From a virus (Duplodnaviria > Caudoviricetes): 38,886 nucleotides of DNA. Shown here piece after piece: positions 24,477 through 35,190 of this stretch. The stretch lies in the IMG/VR virus record IMGVR_UViG_3300033125_000723, positions 1-38,886 of that record. One strand, 5' to 3'. Numbering within the stretch: the stretch's first letter is position 1; every line of letters begins with the position of its first letter. The translations under genes were made by a program, and so were the position numbers. Under the pieces are notes generated by a model. That model had not been told where the DNA came from. It did no database searches and worked only from the letters and a program-made list of their open reading frames with translations.

Positions 24477-25778
24477 ATCTTCTTCATTTATATCCAGATT
24501 ATCTAGTTCTCTGCCCATCTGACTAAATAAACGTGTTGCATTACCAACATGGCCAGCTGCCATATTTTTTACGGCATCTTTTGCTAGTTTTTGCGCAGTG
24601 GGACTTTGAGATAACAAGTTAGCGAAACGATTTATTTGTCTGGCTGTTAATCCAATCCCAGCAACTCCACCTGTTGCAACTGGATTAAACCATGCGCCGA
24701 TGGTTGGCAAAGCCCCATATCCTGCAATTTTAGCGCCTACTTGTGCCCATTTTGGTATTTTAGGTGCCTCTAAATTTCTCAATACTTCGGGAGTGTATTC
24801 GCGAATTTTGTCGATAGTAACTATCCCATTCTTTAAGGCTTTAAAATCTTTTTCAGCTGTTTGAAACGATTTTCCAAACCTTCTATTGATTTTACCATAC
24901 GGGTAAAGCACATCATTGTTTATAGTTTCAATCATAGGCTCATAAAACGTTTTACGTATATCTCTGGGGGCCGATGGCCACAACTGGTTTAACCTTTTTT
25001 TAAAATCCCATGCTTTTTGCACATCAACTCTTCCTTGATTGCCAAAAAGACGACTAAATTTATTTGCATCATCTTTTACAGAGTCAAATCCAGGAAGATC
25101 ATGAATCTTATCTAAAAACTCTTCACTTCGTTTTAATCCCTTGGGTGAATTATATGTAGCACCTTTTGGAAGTGATTTTTCAGCCTTTTTATAATTCTCA
25201 TTTTTTGCAGTTATTGTTTTTCCACGTGTACCTGAAAGGCTACCAAGTAATGCACCACCAGCATGCAGTCCAGCATTTACCTCGTCAGAAAATCCAAAAA
25301 ATTGACCGATGGAATCCAGTGTGTTACCTGCAATAGCAGATCCTAAAATTCCTTTCCATGATTGAGGAATGGCAGATGCTCCTGATGTAACGCCCACTTC
25401 TATGGCCATCGGGACTGCTTCTTGAACAACATTTTCAATAAAGCCCTTGGGGTCAAAATCGCCTGATTTATATCCTAACGCCTGCTCTGATTTACGTCTG
25501 AATTCCTGAGCAGTAGGTTGATCTTTTGCCGGTGGTAGTCCTATTTTGTCAAACAAATTATTAATACCTTGATGAAGACCAGCGCCATACGATGATTGTG
25601 GTTGAGTAATTGCGCTCAGAGATTGTGCAAGTTCATTTTCAGCAAAGGGTCTTTCCGTAAGTTTTTCAACAGAACTTAGGACTTGTCTTCCCAAATAGGG
25701 ACCCCATCCCTCTTCTTGCACTTGGGCTTGTTGTACGGGCTCATCGGTAAAAAGTAGATCATTTTCATTGATTGACAT
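24462..25778 (-). CDS. Putative DNA ejection (internal virion) protein
   Basis: 438 aa, helical with Gly-rich hydrophobic patches; position equivalent to P22 gp16. Confidence 0.65.
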   Translation of the reverse strand: MSINENDLLFTDEPVQQAQVQEEGWGPYLGRQVLSSVEKLTERPFAENELAQSLSAITQPQSSYGAGLHQGINNLFDKIGLPPAKDQPTAQEFRRKSEQALGYKSGDFDPKGFIENVVQEAVPMAIEVGVTSGASAIPQSWKGILGSAIAGNTLDSIGQFFGFSDEVNAGLHAGGALLGSLSGTRGKTITAKNENYKKAEKSLPKGATYNSPKGLKRSEEFLDKIHDLPGFDSVKDDANKFSRLFGNQGRVDVQKAWDFKKRLNQLWPSAPRDIRKTFYEPMIETINNDVLYPYGKINRRFGKSFQTAEKDFKALKNGIVTIDKIREYTPEVLRNLEAPKIPKWAQVGAKIAGYGALPTIGAWFNPVATGGVAGIGLTARQINRFANLLSQSPTAQKLAKDAVKNMAAGHVGNATRLFSQMGRELDNLDINEEDLLIA

Positions 25779-25786
25779 AGCAACTC

Positions 25787-26986
25787 CTATTTCTTACCAA
25801 CTGGATTATTATACGTCCAATCATTTCCATCCCAATACACGGGTTTATTGTTTTTTGAGTTTATAACCTTCATACCAATAGGTCGTTGCTCTTTCGGTAT
25901 CGACGCAACTGATCTTGGCTGTTCTTGTCCCGATTGACCGTATCCCATACGTTCATGCAATTCATCAAAGTCTTCAACGGTTAAATAGCCTCTTTGTTTA
26001 CGCGCTTTCGCTAATTCTTTATTTTCAGCTATTTTATAATCAGTAGACTTAATAATTTTTTTGAGTCGTTCTTCCTGCGCTTCAATCGGTTGGTTGATAT
26101 TCACCTTTGCTCCCTCCAGCAAACGAGTTCTATAATCAGAGCCTCTTCCTGGCAGAGCTGCGGATTGGGCATTCACTATGCCTTTTAAATCAGCAATATA
26201 ATTAGATATATCAGGATCGCGATACCAGGCCTCAGGATAGCCAAACCATATTTGTTTTTTAAATTTGTCTTTATGTTTTTGTAGTGCATTTAATGCGCTT
26301 TGTGCGCTTTCTCTTATTTTTAATTCGCCTTCAAGTTCTTGTTGGTGGCGTTGAACAAGAGGCTTTACTTCTGCCTGAGCTAACCTACGTTCTACAAGCT
26401 CCGCTGATTTAGCCTTAGATCCATAAACTGGATATCCTCTGGTCTGCTGTTGCTGCTTGGGCTGTTGCTGCATTTGTTGTGGTTGCTTCATTTGCGCTTG
26501 CATAGTTTGTTGCGGTTGCGGGCGTGGCATTGGTTGTTGCTGTTGCATTTGTTGTGGCACTTGCCCCATTCGTTGCTGTGCAAAGGACTGGGGATTGGAT
26601 AGCATTTCATAAGCGCGCTGTACATCCATCATGCCATTTGGGTTTTGTTGGTTTTGAATCTGATTGAGTAATCCCATATCTCGTGGTTCTTGTTGGGCAT
26701 TCGGATTGAATTGAGCATATGCATCCTGTTGTGGATTCATTTCGCCTTGATTACTCATGCCTTGGTAATTAGTCAAAAGTTTACCGATAACCTGTGGAGT
26801 ATTACGGAATAGAGCAAATTGACGAGCTGCCTCATCAGGGTATCCCATAGCCTTAAACTTCTTGACCGCTGCTTCTTCTTGATATTGATCAAGCTTATGC
26901 TGAAGTATAGAATCAATACCCGCGCTGACACCCCTTGCAGCATCTGTTGCTAAACTACCACCTCGATAAGTTCCTAAAAAAGCCAT
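25787..26986 (-). CDS. Putative DNA ejection protein, Gln/Pro/Met-rich
   Basis: 399 aa with low-complexity Q tract; position equivalent to P22 gp20. Confidence 0.65.
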   Translation of the reverse strand: MAFLGTYRGGSLATDAARGVSAGIDSILQHKLDQYQEEAAVKKFKAMGYPDEAARQFALFRNTPQVIGKLLTNYQGMSNQGEMNPQQDAYAQFNPNAQQEPRDMGLLNQIQNQQNPNGMMDVQRAYEMLSNPQSFAQQRMGQVPQQMQQQQPMPRPQPQQTMQAQMKQPQQMQQQPKQQQQTRGYPVYGSKAKSAELVERRLAQAEVKPLVQRHQQELEGELKIRESAQSALNALQKHKDKFKKQIWFGYPEAWYRDPDISNYIADLKGIVNAQSAALPGRGSDYRTRLLEGAKVNINQPIEAQEERLKKIIKSTDYKIAENKELAKARKQRGYLTVEDFDELHERMGYGQSGQEQPRSVASIPKEQRPIGMKVINSKNNKPVYWDGNDWTYNNPVGKK

Positions 26987-26995
26987 TATCTTCTC

Positions 26996-27568
26996 CTATA
27001 ATAAAAACGGTAACATTTTAGCAATTGCTTGCGCGTTATTAGCAATATTTTCTCCGCTAAATATACCTGGCTGTCTTTCGCGTCTTTGTATATCAAATTG
27101 TGGTGTCAACCCCTGGCTTATTTGGTTCAAACCAAACTGCCTATTTTGCATTCCGTATTGGGATCTTTGAGCATTTAATAACGAAGCTAATCCTGAAGCG
27201 CTGGATGAGAGCTGTGATTGAAAATCGGGGGACGAAAGGGCGCCCCCGCGAGCACCAGCAAATCGTTCAGAGATGCCAGGCAGAATCTTTTGATAATACT
27301 CATCCATGGTTTGCTGTCTGAGTGGCTCAAATCCTTCATAGGGGTTTTGTAGATTGGTCAGACCGCTCGATAAAAGCTGTTGTATTGCCTGCATTTGGCG
27401 TGGATCAAACTTATTAAACACATCGTACGATTCAGGAGAACCTAAAAAGAACTCACCAATCGAATCAAAAAACGATGAACCGCGGGGATTGTATTGTTGT
27501 ACGGGCTGAAACTGGCCATAGCCCCCTTGGCCATACTGTTGTTGTGAAAATTGAGGTGCGATTGCCAT
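26996..27568 (-). CDS. Putative DNA ejection protein (P22 gp7 position)
   Basis: AGGAAG RBS before ATG 27568; Gln/Gly-rich. Confidence 0.6.
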   Translation of the reverse strand: MAIAPQFSQQQYGQGGYGQFQPVQQYNPRGSSFFDSIGEFFLGSPESYDVFNKFDPRQMQAIQQLLSSGLTNLQNPYEGFEPLRQQTMDEYYQKILPGISERFAGARGGALSSPDFQSQLSSSASGLASLLNAQRSQYGMQNRQFGLNQISQGLTPQFDIQRRERQPGIFSGENIANNAQAIAKMLPFLL

Positions 27569-27578
27569 TACTCTTCCT

Positions 27579-28121
27579 TTAATTTTTAAGATACTCGGCA
27601 ACGATATAAACATTATTGAATACTACACCACTATTATTAGTGATCACAATCTGTGTTGAATTTGCCCGTATTTCGATGTTCGCGGCGCCCCCTGCCGATG
27701 CAAAGGGAATAGGATAATAATTGAATGTAGAGGTATTGTTGGCCATACCAATAAGTTTGGTAAAGGTATACTGGGCAGTAAGGGGAGTTGTGCCATTAAT
27801 AAGGTGTGTAATATTCGTAACGCCGGCAGGCAATGAGGTTAAATAAAACACCTTTCTAAAGTCTGAGCGTGGTTGGTCGTTGACCCCCTTGTTAGGGTTG
27901 GGGTCAAACCAGCCTTGGCCATTCACAAACTCAGTAAGGTCATAGATGCCTGAGTCCTTTTTGTTAAGAGCAAGCGCAATGTTGTTCACCGTTTGATAGA
28001 GGACTACTAATATCTGCTTTAACCCTGGTCCAAGATCATCAGCGCTATTTATCGTATCGATTACCGTTGTCGTTGGTATGTATAAGCCGGTGTCGTTCTT
28101 TTGATCGGGAATGTATGCCAT
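27579..28121 (-). CDS. Putative tail-associated virion protein
   Basis: 180 aa with N-terminal helix and beta-rich C-terminus; coupled to the nozzle gene. Confidence 0.6.
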   Translation of the reverse strand: MAYIPDQKNDTGLYIPTTTVIDTINSADDLGPGLKQILVVLYQTVNNIALALNKKDSGIYDLTEFVNGQGWFDPNPNKGVNDQPRSDFRKVFYLTSLPAGVTNITHLINGTTPLTAQYTFTKLIGMANNTSTFNYYPIPFASAGGAANIEIRANSTQIVITNNSGVVFNNVYIVAEYLKN

Positions 28122-30685
28122 TATGACCTCATACGGGTAGAAGATTTTTTAGCATAGAAGCAGATCGAATGCAGTTGAAAATCCACAAACGAAGGGCCTG
28201 TATACGATATAATTCCAGAACCGTTATCTATGCGTATCACCTCTTGCATCTGATCATCGTCCATATAGATATTGAGCTGTATAAACTCACCGTCCGCTTG
28301 AATATAGACCGGGTGTACCAATCGTGTTGCTGCTGATTCAAGGGCGTTGTAGGGGAATGTCTCGAGAATACCGGTACCTACGATGGAATTTGATTGATTG
28401 GGTGACGAAGCAGTCAGCATTGATTGCTGTGAGGTTGACACATAGTAATCGATGCTCACTTCTCCGGATGATGTCGCGTCTACCTGAAAATCCATCTCAA
28501 AAATGTTGAGATTGCGGCCTTCTTTGGCATAGAAATTGAACTCTTTGGTATCAAAATCTATTTGGGATACCCGTGCGAGAGTTCCACCACCCGAGTAGGT
28601 TCCGTTAATGACTACTACGGGGTTAGTTGGATCAAAATAGGTGATCACAAAAGTATTTTGTGTGGGTTGCTCTTCTATTTTGAAGATTCTGTTGTTAAAC
28701 AGGGTGAGGTTACCAGTACCTGTTATGGATTCAAAGTAGATAAAGTCACCAGGTCTTAGGTTATGATCAACAACGGTAAAGGTAATTACGTTAGGGGTGA
28801 GCACGTTCACGGTCATATTGGTTATTTGCAGTGCCGGTGCGTTGGTAGTTGCGTTTGCATCAATAACGAATGTCCAGCCTTCCTGGTTGCCCGCGATAAC
28901 GTTCTTAAAGAGTGCTCCTGCTTCACCTGAGTTCCATGCAATATCGTCATCCCAGGTTACAATCTCTGAGTTCCAGGTAATACCAACTGGCTGTGGAAAG
29001 AAATACCCAAAGGCAGTAATAGAATCGTCATTAAACGCCCAGGCACCGTTCTTGTAGTTATAGACTAAGACACGGTTTGGATACGGAAATTCAGCCGTTG
29101 CGTCTGTTGCAGGGAAGGTCCAATAGATCATCTCCACAAAGAAGTCACGGATCCCGAACACCCGTTCAGGGCCCGATTGGGTATTATGGATATTAAACAC
29201 TTCATCAGGGATATCGTTATCAATACGTTCTACGTTAGTACCGTTACATTGATGGATACCGTTCTGTCCTACACCGATGGCTACTTTATCAAAGGGGACT
29301 ATTGAGAAGGTCGATTCTGCACCCAGCTCGGTGTTAATTTGTTGCCAGTCAAACGGGTAGATTTGGTTAGCCGTATAGACAAACTCCCACGTAGAATCCT
29401 CAAAGTAGACAATGAGCCGGTCTTTAACGAATTCGGTCGTAATAATCGCTTGGTTTACCGGCGCATCACGTCCTGAGCCCTGGCCGGGGATGTCTTGTCT
29501 CCAGGCGTTGGTAGCAGTCGGATCACCAACGGCACACCAGCGTGCCCGAAAGGGATACTGTTGCAGTGTTACCGGACCGCCACTGTCTTGCGCTTCCCAT
29601 ACGTTAAACGCTACAAGTCTGTTTTTGAAGGGAACCAAAAGCCGAGCTGACTGTAAATTAATATTAAGCGTAGCGCCTGAGGATGTGTCACTAATACGAG
29701 GGAAGAAATACTGCCACAGGTTATTAAATAAATAACGCATCTGTTCGTTCTGGTTGAAATTTGTTACGTAGAGCACCTTATTATTAGCGTCTACGCCTCC
29801 ATAGTTTGCGCCCCAGAAGAATTGTGAGTTAGAGCCTGACCATACCGATGCACCGGCGGATGCTTCACCATTAAGCCGTTCCCAGCCCCCTGAGTACTGG
29901 TAGGCATAGCGTGTATCAAAAGCGATCGTCAGTTCATTGTTGATAGCATCTCTATCGTACAGAATAAGGCCCATAACGGGTAACGCTGGATAGAAATAAA
30001 GTGGCGATAAGAGTGGTGCACCAGTGACCGTATAATAATTTGTTGTAGTATTGAGGGTAAACGTACCAGCTCCCGTATTAAGCAATACTACGGGCGTGCC
30101 TAATGCGTTGATGGTATACAGTTGGTTTACTATAGATATCATTTGCCCAATGCTTGAGCTTGCTCCTGGCAATACACCCGTAGCTGCTCCAACACCATCG
30201 GTCGTTCCTAACCCAGCTGGCGCGTAAGGGGATCCATAAAAATACACGTTTGTTAAAGCAGGTGCTCCCGCAAAGGTGTAAGCTCCCGTTGCCGTGTCGA
30301 ATGTCTTTGTTGGCGTTGCTGCATTAGGGTCAAGTTCAGTAAGAACAATGGGGCTTCCTAATGAATTTGCTTGATAAAACTTATTGCCAATCCAGAATCG
30401 CTGCCCTACTAATCCACTGGCTCCTGGGACAACTCCTGCAAGATTGCCTGCACCATCAGTAACACCTAATAAAACTCCTGCGTTTGCCAATGTAGTTCGT
30501 AATCGTGTTTCTTGTTGGGTATTTCCCAGCCATCGTGATCCGAATCGTTTACGTACTCTACCACGCCAGACATACACGTTGTTCATGCGGCTGAACGCTT
30601 GGTCCGGCACGAGCCACGGCCGAACATCTTTTTGCAGTCCTGAACTCTGGTCATAGGGAGCTATGAAAAATCTGTCTATTGGCAT
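28121..30685 (-). CDS. Tail nozzle / DNA stabilisation protein (P22 gp10 / T7 gp12-like)
   Basis: 854 aa; NVYVWRGRVRKRFG start, beta-propeller-like FKNRLVAF...RARWC..GDP, VLVYNY...WA. Confidence 0.8.
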   Translation of the reverse strand: MPIDRFFIAPYDQSSGLQKDVRPWLVPDQAFSRMNNVYVWRGRVRKRFGSRWLGNTQQETRLRTTLANAGVLLGVTDGAGNLAGVVPGASGLVGQRFWIGNKFYQANSLGSPIVLTELDPNAATPTKTFDTATGAYTFAGAPALTNVYFYGSPYAPAGLGTTDGVGAATGVLPGASSSIGQMISIVNQLYTINALGTPVVLLNTGAGTFTLNTTTNYYTVTGAPLLSPLYFYPALPVMGLILYDRDAINNELTIAFDTRYAYQYSGGWERLNGEASAGASVWSGSNSQFFWGANYGGVDANNKVLYVTNFNQNEQMRYLFNNLWQYFFPRISDTSSGATLNINLQSARLLVPFKNRLVAFNVWEAQDSGGPVTLQQYPFRARWCAVGDPTATNAWRQDIPGQGSGRDAPVNQAIITTEFVKDRLIVYFEDSTWEFVYTANQIYPFDWQQINTELGAESTFSIVPFDKVAIGVGQNGIHQCNGTNVERIDNDIPDEVFNIHNTQSGPERVFGIRDFFVEMIYWTFPATDATAEFPYPNRVLVYNYKNGAWAFNDDSITAFGYFFPQPVGITWNSEIVTWDDDIAWNSGEAGALFKNVIAGNQEGWTFVIDANATTNAPALQITNMTVNVLTPNVITFTVVDHNLRPGDFIYFESITGTGNLTLFNNRIFKIEEQPTQNTFVITYFDPTNPVVVINGTYSGGGTLARVSQIDFDTKEFNFYAKEGRNLNIFEMDFQVDATSSGEVSIDYYVSTSQQSMLTASSPNQSNSIVGTGILETFPYNALESAATRLVHPVYIQADGEFIQLNIYMDDDQMQEVIRIDNGSGIISYTGPSFVDFQLHSICFYAKKSSTRMRS

Positions 30686-30695
30686 AGTAAGCTCC

Positions 30696-31259
30696 TTAGT
30701 AACCTATGGCTATGTAGGAACCATTAACCGCTGCGCCACTTTGTGCACGTGCGCTAAATCCAACTGTTGTAGGATTTGCGGCACCGACTGCGCCTCCGGT
30801 CCCTGGATCGGTTGCAGAAGCAACTACTTTAAAACAGGCGTTAGGAAACGCAATTGGAAAGGTGACGGGACTGGGATTTGCACCTGTTGCTATTACACCC
30901 CATTGAATAATTATTCCGGAGGGCAGATAAGTCCACCCATTACCAGCATAGAGTCTAGCGGTCATAGGGACATCTGGTACTACATTGCCTGAATTTCTAA
31001 AGAATAACTCGTTGATGCCTGTTGTTGCATATAACGCAGAATACAACCCGATATCGGGATAGATCAATGCTGCTTGTGCCGTTGCTTGTGTTTGAACGGG
31101 GAACGTCACCCATTTATGCTTGCCCTGTCCTGATGCGTTATAGGCTACGTGGTCTACCTGAAAGGCATCGCTAATCACGGTGAAATTTGTTCTGATGGGA
31201 ACCCGTGTTTGTCCCAGCGTTTGTCCTGATAAAGGTACATCGATTAATGTTGTTGCCAT
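30696..31259 (-). CDS. Short fibre protein with gp53-like C-terminal domain
   Basis: NGWTYLPSGIIIQWG...VTFPIAFPNACFKVVAS...YIAIGY. Confidence 0.8.
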   Translation of the reverse strand: MATTLIDVPLSGQTLGQTRVPIRTNFTVISDAFQVDHVAYNASGQGKHKWVTFPVQTQATAQAALIYPDIGLYSALYATTGINELFFRNSGNVVPDVPMTARLYAGNGWTYLPSGIIIQWGVIATGANPSPVTFPIAFPNACFKVVASATDPGTGGAVGAANPTTVGFSARAQSGAAVNGSYIAIGY

Positions 31260-31268
31260 GTGTTCTCC

Positions 31269-32315
31269 TTAATATGGCCATTGCCCAAAGCGATTCCAGC
31301 CCGAGGTGATACCATTAGAGGTATAGATAGTTACTGATCGTTGATTCGCGTATTGTTCCATGGAGGTTGAAAGCGCCAACGACTGTTGATTCAAAAAATC
31401 TTGCATAATCGCATCACGTGATTCAGGGTCTGATCTATCACGAAATACAATAAGCGATGCACCCAAAGCAATCCATTGCCACCATTGTTTTATTTGGGGT
31501 ACGTCGGTTGTCTGCAGTAACTCTGTCGGGCGTATATTTGCTTCTATTTGAACTACGTACGCTTTATCAGGCACCGGTCTGAGCGTAAATTTTTGATCAT
31601 AAAAGAGCATGGTCGTTGGTAAACCTGCTACATAATAGATAGCTTCAGACCAGACTGGGTTGCCTTGTGGGGGAGAGCTGACCGCTGTTGCGTTGGGGAA
31701 CGTAACGGTAAAGGCACCCGTAATATAATTGACCGTACCACGTATAATTGGGCTATTAGGTGTGGTCAGATTTCCCTGTACGTTTGAGGTTGGAGTATCT
31801 ACGACGGTCATTGAAGTACCGGTTGCATCAAGGCAACTGAGTAACACAGAACGCTGTAATATATGCGGTTGGGTGATCCCAAACTGGGTTGGTGTATTCA
31901 GCGGTGGGGGTAACGTTCCCACAAAGGGACCAGGTGTTCCATTACCAAACAGGCCCGTTTGTTGTACTGCGTTTGTTTGTGGCCAGTTCCCATAAAATAC
32001 CGTGCGGTCCTGGGTATAAAATGCACGAACTCCGGCTATAAAGACCGGTGAGTGAACTGCCGTATATTTATTTTTAAAGTCATAGAGTGGATTTTGTGGG
32101 TCAGTTGTATTTGTTTCGTACACATCCACGCCGGGCTGAGTATAGAAGGTGAGTACCGTACGCAATGAAAAGAGCTTCATGGTAGTGGGAATATCTTGCT
32201 CAATAAAGGTGTTTATATACTGATCCAGATCAGCGTCACTTAATTGAGCTGTTGATGGTGATCGGGTAATACGGCGTACCGCCTGCCGTATGGTTGCTAA
32301 CGTTGAACTTGCCAT
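31269..32315 (-). CDS. Head-tail adaptor / tail tubular protein (putative)
   Basis: TLATIRQAVRR...DLDQYIN start, LRPVPDKAY, WIALGAS; AGGAG RBS before ATG 32315. Confidence 0.7.
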   Translation of the reverse strand: MASSTLATIRQAVRRITRSPSTAQLSDADLDQYINTFIEQDIPTTMKLFSLRTVLTFYTQPGVDVYETNTTDPQNPLYDFKNKYTAVHSPVFIAGVRAFYTQDRTVFYGNWPQTNAVQQTGLFGNGTPGPFVGTLPPPLNTPTQFGITQPHILQRSVLLSCLDATGTSMTVVDTPTSNVQGNLTTPNSPIIRGTVNYITGAFTVTFPNATAVSSPPQGNPVWSEAIYYVAGLPTTMLFYDQKFTLRPVPDKAYVVQIEANIRPTELLQTTDVPQIKQWWQWIALGASLIVFRDRSDPESRDAIMQDFLNQQSLALSTSMEQYANQRSVTIYTSNGITSGWNRFGQWPY

Positions 32316-32322
32316 ACTACTC

Positions 32323-32679
32323 CTAAAATAATGGTTGTAAGATATTCCTAAACGCACTATCAAACGTCTCGGTCTCTTCACCCACCGGCACTACCTGTGC
32401 AGGGGTGAGATTTGCAGGGGGAGCTACATACGCATCAAATTTTGTCGTATCTATATCGATTAAGAACGTAGTAGCTCCCGTCACTTCTATAGAAGCCTTT
32501 AATCGATTGGCTTGTTCCATGCCGCAGTAGTAAGGGATATATAATCGCACAATAGCGCCCGTCAGATATCCGTGATCAAGGCTGGTGGTCACCAAGGCAG
32601 GAAATGCATTGGTAATTGATGCAATCCCACGGGCTGCGGGTATTTGATAGGGTGTGACAATAAATCCTTGTACTGGCAT
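32323..32679 (-). CDS. Small virion protein with FCCH-like beta-barrel
   Basis: ITNAFPALVTTSLDHGYLTGAIVRL...GM.Q.N...IDIDTT.F; shares PAQVVPVGE with 33181-34191. Confidence 0.7.
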   Translation of the reverse strand: MPVQGFIVTPYQIPAARGIASITNAFPALVTTSLDHGYLTGAIVRLYIPYYCGMEQANRLKASIEVTGATTFLIDIDTTKFDAYVAPPANLTPAQVVPVGEETETFDSAFRNILQPLF

Positions 32680-32687
32680 AAGAACTC

Positions 32688-33137
32688 CTAGCGATAGGCT
32701 ATTTCAATAATTTCATGCTTGGTATTTAGATCATCATCCATAAACTCAAGTGATTTAAATTCACAGCGATGGTCTTTTGCGACTGCATACATTTTTGCGT
32801 ATTGGTCTTGGGTACCGCCAATGTCACCTTGTTGTATATCCGTAACACCCTTGAGCCCATCAAGGCGTTTATATTCGGTGTAGTAGCAGTTCTGGTTCAA
32901 ATGCCGTGCCACCATGCGAGGGATACGGTAGCGTTTCCCGTCGGTGAGAATGTATTTTTTAAATGAGCCTTCGTATTTCTGGAAGTAAAACTCCAGTGTC
33001 TGGCCCCGTTTGTTTTTGTATTCAAAGATGCCCGTTACCATCTCAAGGTCGCGCTCTTTTTGTGCTTCAAACTTCTTGTGCGCTTCAGCCTTTGAGAGTT
33101 TCTTTGGTTCTTCCGGTCTAAAAGTATTTTCTGACAT
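32688..33137 (-). CDS. Hypothetical head-region protein
   Basis: 149 aa; LTDGKRYRIPRMVARHLN; AAGGAG RBS. Confidence 0.7.
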   Translation of the reverse strand: MSENTFRPEEPKKLSKAEAHKKFEAQKERDLEMVTGIFEYKNKRGQTLEFYFQKYEGSFKKYILTDGKRYRIPRMVARHLNQNCYYTEYKRLDGLKGVTDIQQGDIGGTQDQYAKMYAVAKDHRCEFKSLEFMDDDLNTKHEIIEIAYR

Positions 33138-33148
33138 ATGTCTCCTTT

Positions 33149-33175
33149 AAAAAGGGGGTTTTTGAGGCCCCCTTT
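33149..33175 (-). terminator. Terminator after the capsid/decoration genes
   Basis: Minus strand aaaggggg-cctcaaaaa-cccccttttt. Confidence 0.65.
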
Positions 33176-33180
33176 ATGAA

Positions 33181-34191
33181 TTACGCGTTAAATGATTTAC
33201 CAGCTACCCAGTAAATAACGTCGTTATTTTGTCCGGCAGGGCCGTTTACGCCTGCTCCCAATTGGATTCCGATGAACCCACGGTTCTCTTGAGCACCCAA
33301 GAATGGATTTACTCCGTTGGCATTGGCAACTGCGGTATTTTCTCCAACCGGCACAACTTGTGCAGGAGTGAAGGTTCCGTTAGCGGTCAATGGCCATGCG
33401 AAGGTTCCCAACGCAGATGAATCAAGATCAACGGTAATGGTATTGGTTACCCCATCAACGTCAGCGGTGTTGATCGCGATAATAGGCGCTTCAACATCGT
33501 TAAGCGCTGGCATACCAAACGCAAGTGGTGTTACCTCTGGCATGATAAAGCGGATAACCTGACCGATTGTGTAGTTGTGGGTGACGGTCATGGTCACCTG
33601 GGTCGCATTACGTCCGTTTACTACCACGGTGCGAACTTTGGAAATTACGCGTGAAGGTGGGTAGAAATATGGATCGTATGGTATACGGCGATAGTTACCG
33701 GTTGTACCCGCAACGATTGCTCTCATAAAGGCTAGGGTGAAGCTGGTGTTGGCAACAATTGCACCGATGGTGAAATCTAAGCCACCCAGTTGTTGTGCGC
33801 CGGTTACGTTGAATAGGCGTACAATATCACCGTTGTTTAAGTTAGCGGTTGAAGCGGTACTCACTACCGGAGGAGTTGCGTTAGATACTGCAGTAAGGGC
33901 AACAAGTGGTCCTGGGACATTGATTGTGTTATCAATGAGCGTAAAGCCACCGGTTGTCATCCATACGGTATCAACGGCCGTAGCGCCTGCGTTGGATTGG
34001 TATTCAATACCAGTTCCTGCGGCCATGCCACGTTGCCAATAGAACTCATACCCGGTTGATGCAGCGTTAGCAGCAATCTGGGTTTGGTTATAGACGCGGA
34101 TGTAATCAACGTCAGAACGCAAGATAAGAGTCTTTGCTTGTCCGTTAGAGGTAAATACGCCTTGATTGGTTCCTGAAAAAACTACTGACAT
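33181..34191 (-). CDS. Putative capsid decoration protein with FCCH-like domains
   Basis: Directly follows the MCP; two FCCH-like repeats; PAQVVPVGE. Confidence 0.65.
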   Translation of the reverse strand: MSVVFSGTNQGVFTSNGQAKTLILRSDVDYIRVYNQTQIAANAASTGYEFYWQRGMAAGTGIEYQSNAGATAVDTVWMTTGGFTLIDNTINVPGPLVALTAVSNATPPVVSTASTANLNNGDIVRLFNVTGAQQLGGLDFTIGAIVANTSFTLAFMRAIVAGTTGNYRRIPYDPYFYPPSRVISKVRTVVVNGRNATQVTMTVTHNYTIGQVIRFIMPEVTPLAFGMPALNDVEAPIIAINTADVDGVTNTITVDLDSSALGTFAWPLTANGTFTPAQVVPVGENTAVANANGVNPFLGAQENRGFIGIQLGAGVNGPAGQNNDVIYWVAGKSFNA

Positions 34192-34200
34192 AATCCCTCC

Positions 34201-35145
34201 TTATAAGGTGCAAAGCATTTGAGTGATCCAGAGGTCATTGTATACGCGAGAAACTTCTGCCATGGTGTAACCAATGGATACGTTTTGCATAAGCGGATCA
34301 GAGAACTCAGGCCCGAGATAGATGATTCGGGAGCTAAAGTTATCTTGATACACACATCCGTATGCTTCCATAGCACAGACCATCACTGAATAGACTGAGT
34401 TACCGAAGTTAGACGCATTAGGACGAACCAGACCTTGTGAAGATAAGAAAAATCTTACATTTTGCAGGACCCCCCATTCCGCTCCTACACGTGATGTAGC
34501 TGCAGATGGATAGTTCCACTTGGAAGTAAAGCCATTGATGTTTGATAATGGCTTAGAAAGATCGGTATGCGCAAAAGCCGCGTACGCATCGGGCACTGGC
34601 GCAGTCCCAAAACGGTCTTCACCGATTTGAGATTCAAGGATCATGTTACCATCAGCGGACATGAGTGCCGCAACCACGGTTTGTACGTCAGATAACGACA
34701 AATTCGTAGGCGCATCGCCGTTTGTTCCACCGGTGCAGTAATACACTGATGCAGATGCTGCAAGAGCATCACGACACAGCTGATCTTCGGTCATACGAAG
34801 AGACAATCCCATCAACTGCGATACTTCTGCCAAGACCATGTCCTGGTTTTGGAGGAATACGCGTTGGTTAATTGCAGAATATAACCCGTAAAAACTTACC
34901 GTTGCATCAATATCCACACGATTTAACGGCGTGCTTGGAATTGGTGCACCATCAGGTGATAACGGAACAACTGCGGTTGGTAATCTATCATAGCGTGATG
35001 ATCGTAGGGTGGTTCCACCTTTAGCAGGCAGACGTTTTTGCATAGCAGCAAGTTTATATACTAAGCGCGGAGTGCGCACAGCAAGTAACTGCTCATCTGC
35101 GGACGCCTGAATTTCAGGTGGGAGGTTACTAGGACTATTGATCAT
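34201..35145 (-). CDS. Major capsid protein (N4-gp56 family-like)
   Basis: LPAKGGTTLR..RYDRL, DIDATVSFYG, LRMTEDQL.RD, EWG....VRF, DPLMQ..SIGY; AGGAG RBS before ATG 35145. Confidence 0.9.
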   Translation of the reverse strand: MINSPSNLPPEIQASADEQLLAVRTPRLVYKLAAMQKRLPAKGGTTLRSSRYDRLPTAVVPLSPDGAPIPSTPLNRVDIDATVSFYGLYSAINQRVFLQNQDMVLAEVSQLMGLSLRMTEDQLCRDALAASASVYYCTGGTNGDAPTNLSLSDVQTVVAALMSADGNMILESQIGEDRFGTAPVPDAYAAFAHTDLSKPLSNINGFTSKWNYPSAATSRVGAEWGVLQNVRFFLSSQGLVRPNASNFGNSVYSVMVCAMEAYGCVYQDNFSSRIIYLGPEFSDPLMQNVSIGYTMAEVSRVYNDLWITQMLCTL

Positions 35146-35190
35146 AGTCTCTCCTAAAAAACAGAAATTTTTATAATGTGTTTCGGTTTT

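Noticed and set aside
26440-26580. ttg/ctg-rich tandem-like DNA
   Set aside because: It simply encodes the Gln-rich tract of an ejection protein
18206-31259. Diversity-generating retroelement acting on fibres
   Set aside because: No reverse transcriptase, and no adenine-specific template/variable repeat pair noticed
18459-33999. Long plus-strand ORFs over the structural genes (e.g. 20331-20786, 23456-23968, 29412-29735)
   Set aside because: Antisense shadows of Gly/Ala/Thr-rich genes, with no RBS or family motifs
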